NCBI GenBank assembly: GCA_050952065.1
Contig: JBMNKF010000002.1
Coordinates: 309,123-373,122 of the forward strand
Length of the DNA stretch: 64,000 nt
From: Bacillota bacterium
Lineage (GTDB): Bacteria > Bacillota > Sulfobacillia > Fermentithermobacillales > Fermentithermobacillaceae
Reading direction: 5' to 3'
Under the pieces are notes generated by a model. The model made no database searches, was not told the origin of the DNA, and saw only the letters and a program-made list of their open reading frames with translations. Positions within the stretch are counted from its first letter, which is position 1. Each line of letters opens with the position of its first letter. The position numbers and the translations under genes are program-made. This document shows positions 1 to 8,915 of this stretch, one piece after another.

Positions 1-2
1 CG

Positions 3-260
3 TTAGCATCAGGAAAAGACCTAACGAGCGTCAAGACCATAATTGGAACTGGGGGGCCCCTTACAAGGTTGCCCGGGGGCAGGGATACTCTGGCGCAACT
101 TGTGGGAAGGGGTCCGGGCCGTGAACTATACCCGAAAGACGCCCGGGTTGTGCTGGACTCGGAGTATGTTATGGCGGCCTGCGGGGTTCTCTCCAGGGAG
201 TATCCAAAGGAAGCGGCACTCATCCTTCTGAGGAGTCTGGGATTGGAGTTGACATCATGA
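3..260 (+). CDS. GlmL/MutL-family (glutamate-mutase-L-like, actin-fold ATPase) protein, C-terminal fragment; the 5' end lies outside the window
   Basis: The frame is open from the window edge (..KTIIGTGGPLTRLPGGRDTLAQLVG..LRSLGLELTS*). The stop TGA at 258-260 overlaps the ATG of the next gene (ATGA). The IGTGGPL segment resembles the C-terminal GxGG adenosine motif of ASKHA/GlmL proteins (compare MVGSGGVLS in the full-length gene at 32266). The assignment rests on 86 aa only. Confidence 0.4.
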   Translation, partial: LASGKDLTSVKTIIGTGGPLTRLPGGRDTLAQLVGRGPGRELYPKDARVVLDSEYVMAACGVLSREYPKEAALILLRSLGLELTS

Positions 261-1330
261 AGTATCCTGCGCTGCTCATTGACACTGAAGCTATTGAAGA
301 AAACGCCAGGGTTCTGTCGGACATGCTCATGGCCCGCGGAATGCGGCTCGTGGGAGTTGCCAAAGCCACCCTAGGCCATCCTGCCGTGGTTAGGGCTATG
401 GTTTTGGGAGGGGCATCCGCCATGGCTGACTCCCGGATGGAAAACCTGGCCCGTATGAGAAGGGACGGCTATCGGGGTGAGACCATTCTTCTGAGATCGC
501 CTACTTGGTCCCGGTGCCAAGAAGCGGTGGAGGTTTCGGACATAAGTCTTAATTCTGACGTTGCCACTGTGCATCGTCTGGGCGAGGCGGCTTCTGCTTT
601 AGGTAAGGTCCACAAAGTGGTCCTCATGGTGGATATGGGAGATCTCAGGGAAGGAGTCCTGCCTGAAAACGCCCTATCAGTTGCAGGGCAAATGGCAAGC
701 GCACCTGGAATTCAGCTGGTCGGCGTTGGAACAAACTGGGGCTGTTACGGAGGGCTCATGCCGGATAGGCCGCGTTTGGAAGCGTTGGTGGACCTAAGAC
801 TTGACATACAGCGGATGCTCGGCATTAGTATGGACATAGTCTCAGGGGGCAATTCTACCAACATCAACATGCTATTGGATGGGAGTATGCCCGGGGGCAT
901 AACCGAACTCAGGTTAGGTGAGAGCATACTTTTGGGCACCGAAGCAACGCAACGCCAGAGTGTGCCCGGTTGCCGACAGGACGCTTTCACTTTGAAGGCA
1001 GAGGTGATAGAGGTTTTGGCCAAGCCTTCAAAGCCCATAGGGAAAATCGGACAGAATGCCTTTGGAGTCGTACCGGAGTTAAAAGACCGAGGCATCCGCA
1101 TGAGGGCCATCTGCGCAGTGGGACGCCAAGACCTAGATCCCGATGCTCTTGAGGCTTTGGATCCCGGCGTATCGATCCTTGGGGCGTCATCGGACCACCT
1201 GATTTTGGATGTTGACGAAGCAGAAAACCCGGTCGGTGTAGGGTCAGTGCTGTCATTCCGTCCCGCCTACAGTGCCCTGCTGAGGGCCTTTACATCTCCC
1301 TTTGTGGAAAAGGTGGTGGTTTCACAGTGA
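257..1330 (+). CDS. PLP-dependent alanine/ornithine racemase-family protein (ornithine-racemase-like)
   Basis: 357-aa ORF. The N-terminus (LIDTEAIEENARVL..MRLVGVAKATLGHP) fits the alanine-racemase N-terminal TIM-barrel with the PLP lysine in a V-A-K context. Length and architecture are typical of Orr/YhfX-type racemases. It is translationally coupled on both sides (ATGA at 257, GTGA at 1327). Confidence 0.6.
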   Translation: MKYPALLIDTEAIEENARVLSDMLMARGMRLVGVAKATLGHPAVVRAMVLGGASAMADSRMENLARMRRDGYRGETILLRSPTWSRCQEAVEVSDISLNSDVATVHRLGEAASALGKVHKVVLMVDMGDLREGVLPENALSVAGQMASAPGIQLVGVGTNWGCYGGLMPDRPRLEALVDLRLDIQRMLGISMDIVSGGNSTNINMLLDGSMPGGITELRLGESILLGTEATQRQSVPGCRQDAFTLKAEVIEVLAKPSKPIGKIGQNAFGVVPELKDRGIRMRAICAVGRQDLDPDALEALDPGVSILGASSDHLILDVDEAENPVGVGSVLSFRPAYSALLRAFTSPFVEKVVVSQ

Positions 1331-2733
1331 ATTCCCCAGTCGTAATATGCGGGCTGTCTCCCCACCCTCCAATAATCATCCCGGAAGTAGGTCGAGGCGA
1401 AGAAGCCAAAGCGATGCCTACGATAAAGGGGCTGAAGAGTCTATCCTGGGCGATAGTTGACGCTAAGCCCGAGACTCTCATCGTGATCACACCTCACGGG
1501 CCCGTGTTCTCCGATGCGGTGGCCATTAGAAGCCAGGCAAGGCACAGAGGCAGCCTAGCGAGTTTTGGGGCGCCCCAGGTGGCTTTCGACTACGAGAACG
1601 ATGAGGACATAGTGCGCGGAGTGGTGAACCGCGCAAAAGAAGGAACGGCGCCCATTGTGGCGCTGGATGACTCCGGGTTCCGGCGCTACGGGATCGAACG
1701 AGGCCTAGACCACGGCACCCAAGTGCCGCTTCATTTCCTCAAAGAGGCAGGTTATCTGGGCAGACTGGTTGTGATCAATATCGGTTTCCTAACCTACTTG
1801 GAATTGTATCGCGTTGGGATTCTCATTGAGGATGTCTGCAAAAGACTTGGGCGAAAAGTCGCAATCCTGGCGTCAGGCGATCTTTCCCACAGACTCAAGG
1901 AAGGAGCTCCTGCTGGGTACGACCCACGTGGTGCCGAGTTCGATGAAAACCTGATGGAATGCTTGCGCCACTTCGATGTACCTTCGATCTTGAATTTTCC
2001 CGGAGACCTAGTTGAAGCCGCGGGCGAATGCGGTCTGCGACCCATAGTGATGATGCTCGGGGCGTTGGATAATTACCAGGTGTCCGGAGACGTCCTCTCA
2101 TACCAAGGACCCTTTGGAGTCGGGTATGGCGTTGCTCTATTTCGCATTCAAGGCCACGGGCCCTCCAGGATCGATGCGATCATGGAAAGGCACGAAGCCA
2201 GGATCAAGCGTCTCAGGCAGCACGAATCTTTCCCTGTATCCTTGGCACGGAAAACAGTGGAGACTTATGCCCGCACTGGAAACAGGGTGCCGGTTCCCCT
2301 GGATGTGCCCGGCGAGTTTCAGGGGAGAGGCGGCGTTTTCGTTTCCATACACAAGCAAGGCATGCTGAGAGGCTGCATCGGTACGATCGAGCCCACTACA
2401 GAAAGCCTGGTTCATGAGATCATATCCAATGCCATCAGCGCTTCCACTAGAGATCCGCGCTTTCGGCCGATTTCTGCAGATGAACTTGATGAGCTGGACT
2501 ATTCGGTGGATGTCCTGGGAGCAGCTCAGGAAGTCTCTAGTTGCCAGGAATTGGACCCCAAGAAGTACGGTGTCATATGCGAAAAGGGCAGGAGGCGAGG
2601 ACTTCTTCTCCCGGACCTTCCGGGAGTCGATACAGTAGAAGAGCAGGTGGCCATAGCTCGAGAGAAGGCCGGAATCTCCAGAAGCGAAGGTGGTGTCAAG
2701 CTCTATCGCTTTGAGGTAACGCGATACAAGTGA
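1327..2733 (+). CDS. AmmeMemoRadiSam system protein A (AMMECR1 domain) fused to an N-terminal class-III extradiol-dioxygenase/Memo-like domain
   Basis: 468 aa. The N-terminal half carries LigB/Memo-like motifs (LIVITPHGP, ILASGDLSHRL). The C-terminal ~190 aa carry the AMMECR1 hallmark GVFVSIHKQGMLRGCIGTIEP. The partner radical SAM gene follows immediately. Confidence 0.75.
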   Translation: MNSPVVICGLSPHPPIIIPEVGRGEEAKAMPTIKGLKSLSWAIVDAKPETLIVITPHGPVFSDAVAIRSQARHRGSLASFGAPQVAFDYENDEDIVRGVVNRAKEGTAPIVALDDSGFRRYGIERGLDHGTQVPLHFLKEAGYLGRLVVINIGFLTYLELYRVGILIEDVCKRLGRKVAILASGDLSHRLKEGAPAGYDPRGAEFDENLMECLRHFDVPSILNFPGDLVEAAGECGLRPIVMMLGALDNYQVSGDVLSYQGPFGVGYGVALFRIQGHGPSRIDAIMERHEARIKRLRQHESFPVSLARKTVETYARTGNRVPVPLDVPGEFQGRGGVFVSIHKQGMLRGCIGTIEPTTESLVHEIISNAISASTRDPRFRPISADELDELDYSVDVLGAAQEVSSCQELDPKKYGVICEKGRRRGLLLPDLPGVDTVEEQVAIAREKAGISRSEGGVKLYRFEVTRYK

Positions 2734-2834
2734 CGTGAACCGGAGGACCTATGAAAGTCTGTGGCTATCAAGGGGCCCTCTATGAGCCCGACTGACAATG
2801 AGCCAAGGGTCAATGAAGGGCGAGTGACACAGGA

Positions 2835-3851
2835 ATGGCCAGAGAAGCGCGTTATTGGAGCGCTTGGCAGGACGATTGGGTGAAATGCTTCCTTTGCCCC
2901 CACAACTGCTTGATTCCCCCGGGTGAAACCGGCATATGCAGGGTCAGAGAGAATGTGGACGGGCGTCTGGCGTCCAAGAACTACGGATGCCTCACATCAA
3001 TAGCCCTTGATCCCGTAGAAAAGAAACCCCTCTACCACGTGGAGCCGGGGAGTCTGCTTCTCTCGGCGGGTTCTTTTGGCTGCAATTTCAGATGCGAGTT
3101 TTGTCAGAATTGGCTCATATCCCAGGAAGAACCGCGATGTACCGAACTTTCCCCTGTGGACTTGGTCCGAATCGCCAAAGAGCAAAGGAACCGGAGCGAG
3201 AAGGTCATCGGCATCGCCTATACCTACAATGAGCCAACTGTCTGGATGGAGTTTGTCCAGGATTGTGCTACTCTTATAAGAGATGCCGGCATGAGGAACG
3301 TCCTGATCACCAACGGTTACATGTCCCAGGAGGCCCAAAGGGAAGTCCTTCCCCTGGTTGACGCCCTCAATGTCGATGTTAAGGCATGGGATGAAGACTT
3401 CTACCGGAACCTGGCCCGTGGGCGCCTCGAACCTGTGCTTGAGACTATAGAGGCTGCGGTAAGAGAAGGTGTTTGGGTGGAGATCACTTACCTCGTGATT
3501 CCCGGTAAGAACGATGACAAATGGCAGGTTGAGAGCCTGGCCCAGTGGGTGCGATCATTGAGCCCCGGTATTCCGCTTCATCTGTCTCGGTACTTTCCGG
3601 CGTACCGAAGCCGCGAGCCCGCCACGCCTTTATCGACTTTGGAGACACTCAAAGCTGTGGCAGACCAATATCTGCATTTTGTGTATATAGGCAATGCGTG
3701 GAAGAAAGGATATGCTGATACTGTTTGCCCGAAGTGTAAGGAGGTGCTTATTGAGCGAGGAGGTATGGAGATCGAGGTATCCTACCTGACAGATGGCCAG
3801 TGTCCCCGTTGTCATAGAAAACTGGAGATGCTTGGGACTGTGTGGGTTTAG
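2835..3851 (+). CDS. AmmeMemoRadiSam system radical SAM enzyme (PFL-activase-like)
   Basis: 338 aa with the CxxxCxxC cluster motif CNFRCEFCQNW and an N-terminal Cys-rich segment (CFLCPHNCLIPPGETGIC). It lies adjacent to the AMMECR1 fusion gene. Confidence 0.8.
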   Translation: MAREARYWSAWQDDWVKCFLCPHNCLIPPGETGICRVRENVDGRLASKNYGCLTSIALDPVEKKPLYHVEPGSLLLSAGSFGCNFRCEFCQNWLISQEEPRCTELSPVDLVRIAKEQRNRSEKVIGIAYTYNEPTVWMEFVQDCATLIRDAGMRNVLITNGYMSQEAQREVLPLVDALNVDVKAWDEDFYRNLARGRLEPVLETIEAAVREGVWVEITYLVIPGKNDDKWQVESLAQWVRSLSPGIPLHLSRYFPAYRSREPATPLSTLETLKAVADQYLHFVYIGNAWKKGYADTVCPKCKEVLIERGGMEIEVSYLTDGQCPRCHRKLEMLGTVWV

Positions 3852-3899
3852 GTACGAACGAACGTTAGTGAACACAATGCGGGGGGAAGATAAACTAAT

Positions 3900-5222
3900 A
3901 TGACTAGGAAACGAGTCGTAATCATGGGCGCGGCAGGAAGAGATTTTCACAATTTCAACGTTGCTTACAGGGATGACCCCAACACCGAAGTCGTCTGTTT
4001 CACGGCCACCCAAATCCCGGACATAGAGGGCAGGCAATACCCACCTAAACTTGCAGGTCATCTGTACCCTGAGGGTATTCCCATCTTTGCCGAGGAAGAA
4101 CTGCCCGATATCATAAAGAGTAAGAACATAGACGAGGTCGTGTTCGCCTACAGCGATATTAGCCATGTGGACTTAATGCACAAGGCTTCCATGGTATTGG
4201 CTGCCGGCGCGGATTTCAAACTACTTGGATACTCGTCTACTGCCCTGCGTTCGTCAAAACCCGTGATCTCTGTGTGTGCCGTCAGGACAGGAGTAGGCAA
4301 GAGCCCCGCCACAAGGAGAGTTGCGGAAATCCTGAGGGCAGCAGGCAAGAAGGTCGCCGCTGTCAGGCACCCAATGCCCTATGGAAACCTTGAGGACCAG
4401 ATATGGCAGCGGTTCGCCACTTACGAAGATCTGGATATCCATAAATGCACCATAGAAGAGCGAGAGGAATATGAACCGCATATTGACCGGGGAACCATTG
4501 TGTATGCAGGTGTGGACTATGGCGAGATCTTGAAGCGGGCTCAGGAGGAAGTGGACGTAGTTCTTTGGGACGGCGGCAACAACGACATCCCCTTCTACAG
4601 ATCCGATTGCAAGATTGTCTTAGTGGATCCGCTTCGTCCCGGCCACGAGGTCCGATATCACCCAGGCGAGGCCAACCTCAGGATAGCAGACATCGTCATC
4701 ATAAACAAGGTAGATACCGCAAACCCTGTCGATGTCGAGGCGATTCGAGAGAATGTCCGCCAGGCGAATCCCAACGCCATAATCATAGATGCGGCTTCGC
4801 CCATTTTCCCTGAAAGGGGCCAGGAGATAACCGGCAAGAGAGTGTTGGTCATCGAGGACGGGCCGACTCTTACTCACGGTGAGATGGCCTTGGGCGCAGG
4901 AGTGATAGCTGCCAAGAAGTGGGGGGCAGCCGAACTGGTCGATCCACGACCATACGCGGTGGGAAGCATTGCCAAGACCTACCAGAAATACCCACACATA
5001 GGTAGACTCCTTCCGGCCATGGGTTATTCGCCCAGACAGGTGGCAGAGTTGGAGGAGACGGTGGCTAGAGTCGCTTGTGACTTGGTGATCGTTGCCACTC
5101 CGATCGATCTCAGAAGGGTTATGAGAATCGACAAACCTTCTATGCGAGTGAGATACGAACTGCAGGAGATTGGTGCACCTACTCTCGAGGACGCCATCAG
5201 GACAGTTGGTGGAATTCTGTAA
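3900..5222 (+). CDS. COG2403-type P-loop protein (cyclic 2,3-diphosphoglycerate synthetase-like / predicted GTPase)
   Basis: 440 aa. N-terminal Rossmann-like VVIMGAAGRDFHNFN and Walker-A-like CAVRTGVGKSPATR. The overall pattern is recognised from memory of the COG2403 family. Confidence 0.55.
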   Translation: MTRKRVVIMGAAGRDFHNFNVAYRDDPNTEVVCFTATQIPDIEGRQYPPKLAGHLYPEGIPIFAEEELPDIIKSKNIDEVVFAYSDISHVDLMHKASMVLAAGADFKLLGYSSTALRSSKPVISVCAVRTGVGKSPATRRVAEILRAAGKKVAAVRHPMPYGNLEDQIWQRFATYEDLDIHKCTIEEREEYEPHIDRGTIVYAGVDYGEILKRAQEEVDVVLWDGGNNDIPFYRSDCKIVLVDPLRPGHEVRYHPGEANLRIADIVIINKVDTANPVDVEAIRENVRQANPNAIIIDAASPIFPERGQEITGKRVLVIEDGPTLTHGEMALGAGVIAAKKWGAAELVDPRPYAVGSIAKTYQKYPHIGRLLPAMGYSPRQVAELEETVARVACDLVIVATPIDLRRVMRIDKPSMRVRYELQEIGAPTLEDAIRTVGGIL

Positions 5223-5244
5223 GACAATACCCCTTGACGCTACT

Positions 5245-5286
5245 GCGACCCGCCTGGTCTTGTCGGCGGGTCGCTTCTTTGTCTTT
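5245..5286 (+). terminator. Rho-independent terminator after the COG2403 gene
   Basis: A perfect 10-bp GC-rich stem (GCGACCCGCC ... GGCGGGTCGC) is followed by TTCTTTGTCTTT. Confidence 0.8.
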
Positions 5287-5392
5287 GGGGAAGCCTTTCG
5301 AATAGTGCCAACGGTCTAGCGCAAGAATACAGGTTGGGCATAGAAAAGCGCCATAGGTGGGCGCAAATGGCAGAGGGGGAAACGAACCCATC

Positions 5393-7384
5393 ATGACAAC
5401 TGCCCAATCCCTATACCTTGCCGCATTTTCTGTCTACCTGGTGTTTTTCCTCTTGTTCTCCAGATTTCTGGTATGGAAGACCTACAGCGAGAAGAAGTAC
5501 TGGAACTGGAGACTAGTTCTGAATCCTTCGTCCTTGGAGGACACGGCAAAGGCCTTGGAAAGACCCGTTCCGTTTGTGAGCATCATGGTTCCGGCGAGAA
5601 ACGAGTCACTGGTGATCGACAACACCATAAGGCACCTTACATCGCTTAGTTACCCTGTCAACCGATTTGAAGTGGTTGTGGTGACCGATGAAAAGGAGAC
5701 CCAAGCAGCCGAGAGTGACAGGGTGGAGATCTCGGCCCTTGTACACAATATTCTCATGGGGGAGCAGCCCTTTAGCCATGTTCCCGCGCACCTGGAGACT
5801 TGTCTAAAGTCTGTGTTGCTATCGACCTTATCTGAATACGCTCTCAGGGAGTACCTCTCCAAGGGGTTTCAGAAGGACTATCCGACCGGCACGCCCGAGC
5901 TCTGTTCGCTCCCAGCCTACGAGCGTCACAGCGTGGTCAGGGACATTGCTATCGCCTTAGTTTCGTCTCATGGAGCTCCGCCCCGAAGACATCTTCGTGC
6001 CATTATCAGAAGAAGGTGTCCTTGGCTGTCTGAGTTGGACATTGACAGAGTATATCCGGCATTTCTGGCTGTGGCGGTTCCCGTCATTGCTGCTTACGCT
6101 ACTCTTTGTGACGAATCTCAAAGAAGAACCCTAGATAGGACCATTCAGCACACAGTAAAGGCTAATCACGACCTGACCCAGGATATTATCAGGAGAATGA
6201 CAAGCTTTGTCGCCAAAAGAGTGTCCATATCTATTCAACGGGCGTCTCGGACAGGGGAGTTGCAGGCCAAGGTGCGGGTGGCTCTTCTCGATCTGTATCC
6301 CACAACTCAGGAAGTAGTAGACAGAGCCATGCGGGAAATGCAGGGCGAGGGAGTGCCTTCAGTGAAACACGTCACCGTGCCTTACGATTTCGACGGTTCA
6401 TTGGGTGGAAAGCGAACGGGCGAAGAAGTGGCTTCAACCAAAGGTAGGGCGTTGAACTGGGGCATAGCCTATCTTGATCCCCAGGTCGAGGTTGTTGGTT
6501 TCTACGATGCCGAGAGCCGTCCTCATAAGGATGTTTTGCTCTACGTGGGATACAGGAGGATGCTAGATCCAGAGTCTTCCCAGGTCTTGCAGGGTCCTGT
6601 GTTCCAGGTCAGGAATTTCTACAAGATGACTCCGTTTTGCCGAATAGCCGCGCTGTATCAGGCTGTTGCTCACGATTGGTACCTGCCTTGGCTTTTCCGT
6701 ACACTCCCTTTTGTGGGCGGTACCAACGTTTTTATCGCCAAGTCGCTTCTTTGCCAGGTGGGAGGTTGGGACTGTGAGGTGCTTACGGAAGATCTCGAGT
6801 TTGGCACAAGGGCGTACCTAAGGAAAGGAGCCTGGCCCGAGTACTTGCCGTATCCTTCGTCGGAACAGACGCCACCCACGTTTCGGGCATTCTTCCGCCA
6901 AAGACTTAGGTGGGGAACAGGGCATCTTCAAGTGGTCCGTAAAGTGGCCGAGTACCAAGGCATTGAACCTTCAGCCAAGTCAAGGCTACGCAGGAACCTT
7001 ATCATCAAGGGTCAGGCGGAATGGATACTCTACCAGATCGCCACATTTGTACCGCCTGTAGCCATGGTGCTGCACTACAAAGACTTGCTGGATCCCACAA
7101 TTGTGCCCGTGGCGGGTCAATGGATGCTGAGCGGATTCTCCCTGCTGTACATGAGTTTCACCATATATGCTTTTGGACGGTACCGGGGTTACATGGATGT
7201 GGGAGGGCAACCCGAGACCGTCATCGGGAAAATCCTGGTGTACGTGGCCCTTCTTCTCTTACCGCTTGCCGCGTTTGTGTTTCCCATACCCTACACCAGC
7301 GCTATGTTGCTCAAGTTTGTGGGCAAGGAACCCAAGGTATGGGTCAAGACGCCGAGGACTGAAGAGACTAGGATGGCGCTCTGA
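5393..7384 (+). CDS. Membrane-bound family-2 glycosyltransferase (processive synthase-like) with a large internal insertion
   Basis: GT-A motifs: VSIMVPARNE, VVVVTDEKE, GRALNWG, FYDAESRP, LTEDLEFG and the Q/RxxRW-type motif RQRLRWGTGH. It has an N-terminal TM and C-terminal TMs. The start was chosen at ATG 5393 (MTTAQS); GTG 5357 is also possible. Confidence 0.75.
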   Translation: MTTAQSLYLAAFSVYLVFFLLFSRFLVWKTYSEKKYWNWRLVLNPSSLEDTAKALERPVPFVSIMVPARNESLVIDNTIRHLTSLSYPVNRFEVVVVTDEKETQAAESDRVEISALVHNILMGEQPFSHVPAHLETCLKSVLLSTLSEYALREYLSKGFQKDYPTGTPELCSLPAYERHSVVRDIAIALVSSHGAPPRRHLRAIIRRRCPWLSELDIDRVYPAFLAVAVPVIAAYATLCDESQRRTLDRTIQHTVKANHDLTQDIIRRMTSFVAKRVSISIQRASRTGELQAKVRVALLDLYPTTQEVVDRAMREMQGEGVPSVKHVTVPYDFDGSLGGKRTGEEVASTKGRALNWGIAYLDPQVEVVGFYDAESRPHKDVLLYVGYRRMLDPESSQVLQGPVFQVRNFYKMTPFCRIAALYQAVAHDWYLPWLFRTLPFVGGTNVFIAKSLLCQVGGWDCEVLTEDLEFGTRAYLRKGAWPEYLPYPSSEQTPPTFRAFFRQRLRWGTGHLQVVRKVAEYQGIEPSAKSRLRRNLIIKGQAEWILYQIATFVPPVAMVLHYKDLLDPTIVPVAGQWMLSGFSLLYMSFTIYAFGRYRGYMDVGGQPETVIGKILVYVALLLLPLAAFVFPIPYTSAMLLKFVGKEPKVWVKTPRTEETRMAL

Positions 7385-7496
7385 ATCCGGTGAAAGATCG
7401 GGACAGAATAGACTTGTACCATGATTTGGGATAACATCTCACTTGTGTGGTTGTAGTATACGCTCGGGAGGTGGACGGGCCCTAGGCTCGCAAAGG

Positions 7497-7769
7497 ATGA
7501 ATTGGCAGGTTGTAGTCTCTACCTTTACTGTCGTGTTTCTAGCTGAATTGGGAGACAAAACCCAGCTGTCCACTATGATGTTGGCTTCCACGAAAAAGGC
7601 GCCAGTCAGCGTGTTCTTGGGGTCCGCCGTAGCATTGGTGCTAAATAGCTTCTTAGGCGTGATGGTGGGAAACACTGTCTACAAGTTCATACCTGCGGGT
7701 GTTATCAGGGTTGCTGCTGGAGCAGGTTTCCTGGTTATCGGCGCTCTAATCTTGTTGGGGAAGGTTTAG
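7497..7769 (+). CDS. UPF0016/GDT1 (TMEM165)-family cation transporter, single-repeat form
   Basis: 90 aa with the signature ELGDKTQ motif in the first TM (FLAELGDKTQLSTMML). The start is at the internal ATG (MNWQVV). Confidence 0.75.
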   Translation: MNWQVVVSTFTVVFLAELGDKTQLSTMMLASTKKAPVSVFLGSAVALVLNSFLGVMVGNTVYKFIPAGVIRVAAGAGFLVIGALILLGKV

Positions 7770-7797
7770 GTGTATATAATGTGAAGTGTTCTACCGT

Positions 7798-7874
7798 GCG
7801 CCCGTAGCTCAAATGGACAGAGTGTTGGCCTCCGGAGCCAGAGGTTGCGCGTTCGATTCGCGCCGGGCGCACCA
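7798..7874 (+). tRNA. tRNA-Arg (anticodon CCG)
   Basis: The 77-nt cloverleaf was folded by hand. Acceptor GCGCCCG/CGGGCGC, D-arm GCTC..GAGT, anticodon stem TTGGC/GCCAG with loop CTCCGGA (anticodon CCG), T-arm GCGCG-TTCGATT-CGCGC, encoded ACCA. Confidence 0.95.
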
Positions 7875-7965
7875 TCAAAGACACAACCCTCACCAAAACT
7901 ACTGCCATACGTTCTTGGCGCCGATTTTGAATGTAATCTGATCTGCTCAAAATGGGGGATAAACA

Positions 7966-8607
7966 TTGAAAACCGATATCATGATGCCCAGATCAAGAGT
8001 AGCTGTTTTCGTTGATGGTTGGAATTTCAAATACGCCACATACGATTCCTTCGGAATACACGTTGATTTCGTCCGCCTCCTAGAAGCTCTGACCCAAGAC
8101 AGCATCTTGATTCGTGCCTACTACTATACCGGCGAATGGACAACAGACAGCATCGAGCAGTACATCAAGATGACTTCATCTCCCGACCCAGTAGCTCTGC
8201 GCGATGACCTTGATGGACAAAGGAGGCGCTCACAGTCTTTCTACCGGTTCCTGAACAGAAATGGTTACATGGTTGTAAGAAAGCCTCTGAAAGTTTTTGC
8301 CGGCGGGGCTATAAAGGCCGACCTTGACTTGGAGTTGGCCATCGACATGTTGTCTCTAGTTGATAGGTGCGACAAATACATCTTGTGTTCAGGGGACGGC
8401 GACTTCGTTCCGTTGGTCAAGTACGTTGCCCAGCGGGGCGTAAGACTTCACGTGCTGTCCACACAACATCCGGATGCTTACGCCCGCTGCAACTTCAAGG
8501 CCGCTGACGAGCTTGTGGACGCCGCCGACGAGTTCATCGAACTGTTCGACCTTCTACCCACCATATCCAGAACTGGACAGCCTCAGAGGCAGAGCTTTTC
8601 TTCGTAG
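7966..8607 (+). CDS. NYN-domain (LabA/DUF88-like) predicted ribonuclease
   Basis: VAVFVDGWNF at the N-terminus and the ILCSGDGDFVPLV motif are typical of NYN/LabA proteins. A GGGGGA RBS lies 6 nt before TTG 7966. Confidence 0.7.
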   Translation: MKTDIMMPRSRVAVFVDGWNFKYATYDSFGIHVDFVRLLEALTQDSILIRAYYYTGEWTTDSIEQYIKMTSSPDPVALRDDLDGQRRRSQSFYRFLNRNGYMVVRKPLKVFAGGAIKADLDLELAIDMLSLVDRCDKYILCSGDGDFVPLVKYVAQRGVRLHVLSTQHPDAYARCNFKAADELVDAADEFIELFDLLPTISRTGQPQRQSFSS

Positions 8608-8915
8608 TGCCTAAATGCCGATAGTTTGTCTCTCACTATCTCGGGGAGGTGGACCGGCATGACTGGCGCCTTGGCACCTGCGATGGCGTCGAAAATGCGA
8701 AGGCTCGTTCTTGTATCCAAGTATAGGAAATCGATATAACACCCGGTTGTCTTGTCAAAACCGGACGAGTCTTTCTCCATCAATGAGGCCCGGAGGAAGC
8801 ACTTTGACTCATACGGGCCTTCTTTTTCTCCCAGTTGGTAGACCACAGTGAACTCACGACCTTCATCGGAAAAGGACCTAGTTACTTCTTTTAGGACATT
8901 GGTCTGGTCAGACAT
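8583..8915 (-). CDS. Hypothetical small protein (110 aa), convergent with the NYN gene and overlapping its 3' end
   Basis: ORF only. It loosely resembles small clostridial DUF-type proteins from memory. No motif was identified. Confidence 0.35.
   Translation of the reverse strand: MSDQTNVLKEVTRSFSDEGREFTVVYQLGEKEGPYESKCFLRASLMEKDSSGFDKTTGCYIDFLYLDTRTSLRIFDAIAGAKAPVMPVHLPEIVRDKLSAFRHYEEKLCL

Noticed and set aside
7385-7496. yybP-ykoY (Mn) riboswitch upstream of the UPF0016/GDT1 transporter gene
   Set aside because: This family is often Mn-riboswitch controlled, but the ~110-nt leader shows no recognisable conserved four-way-junction core sequences by eye. An Infernal scan is needed.
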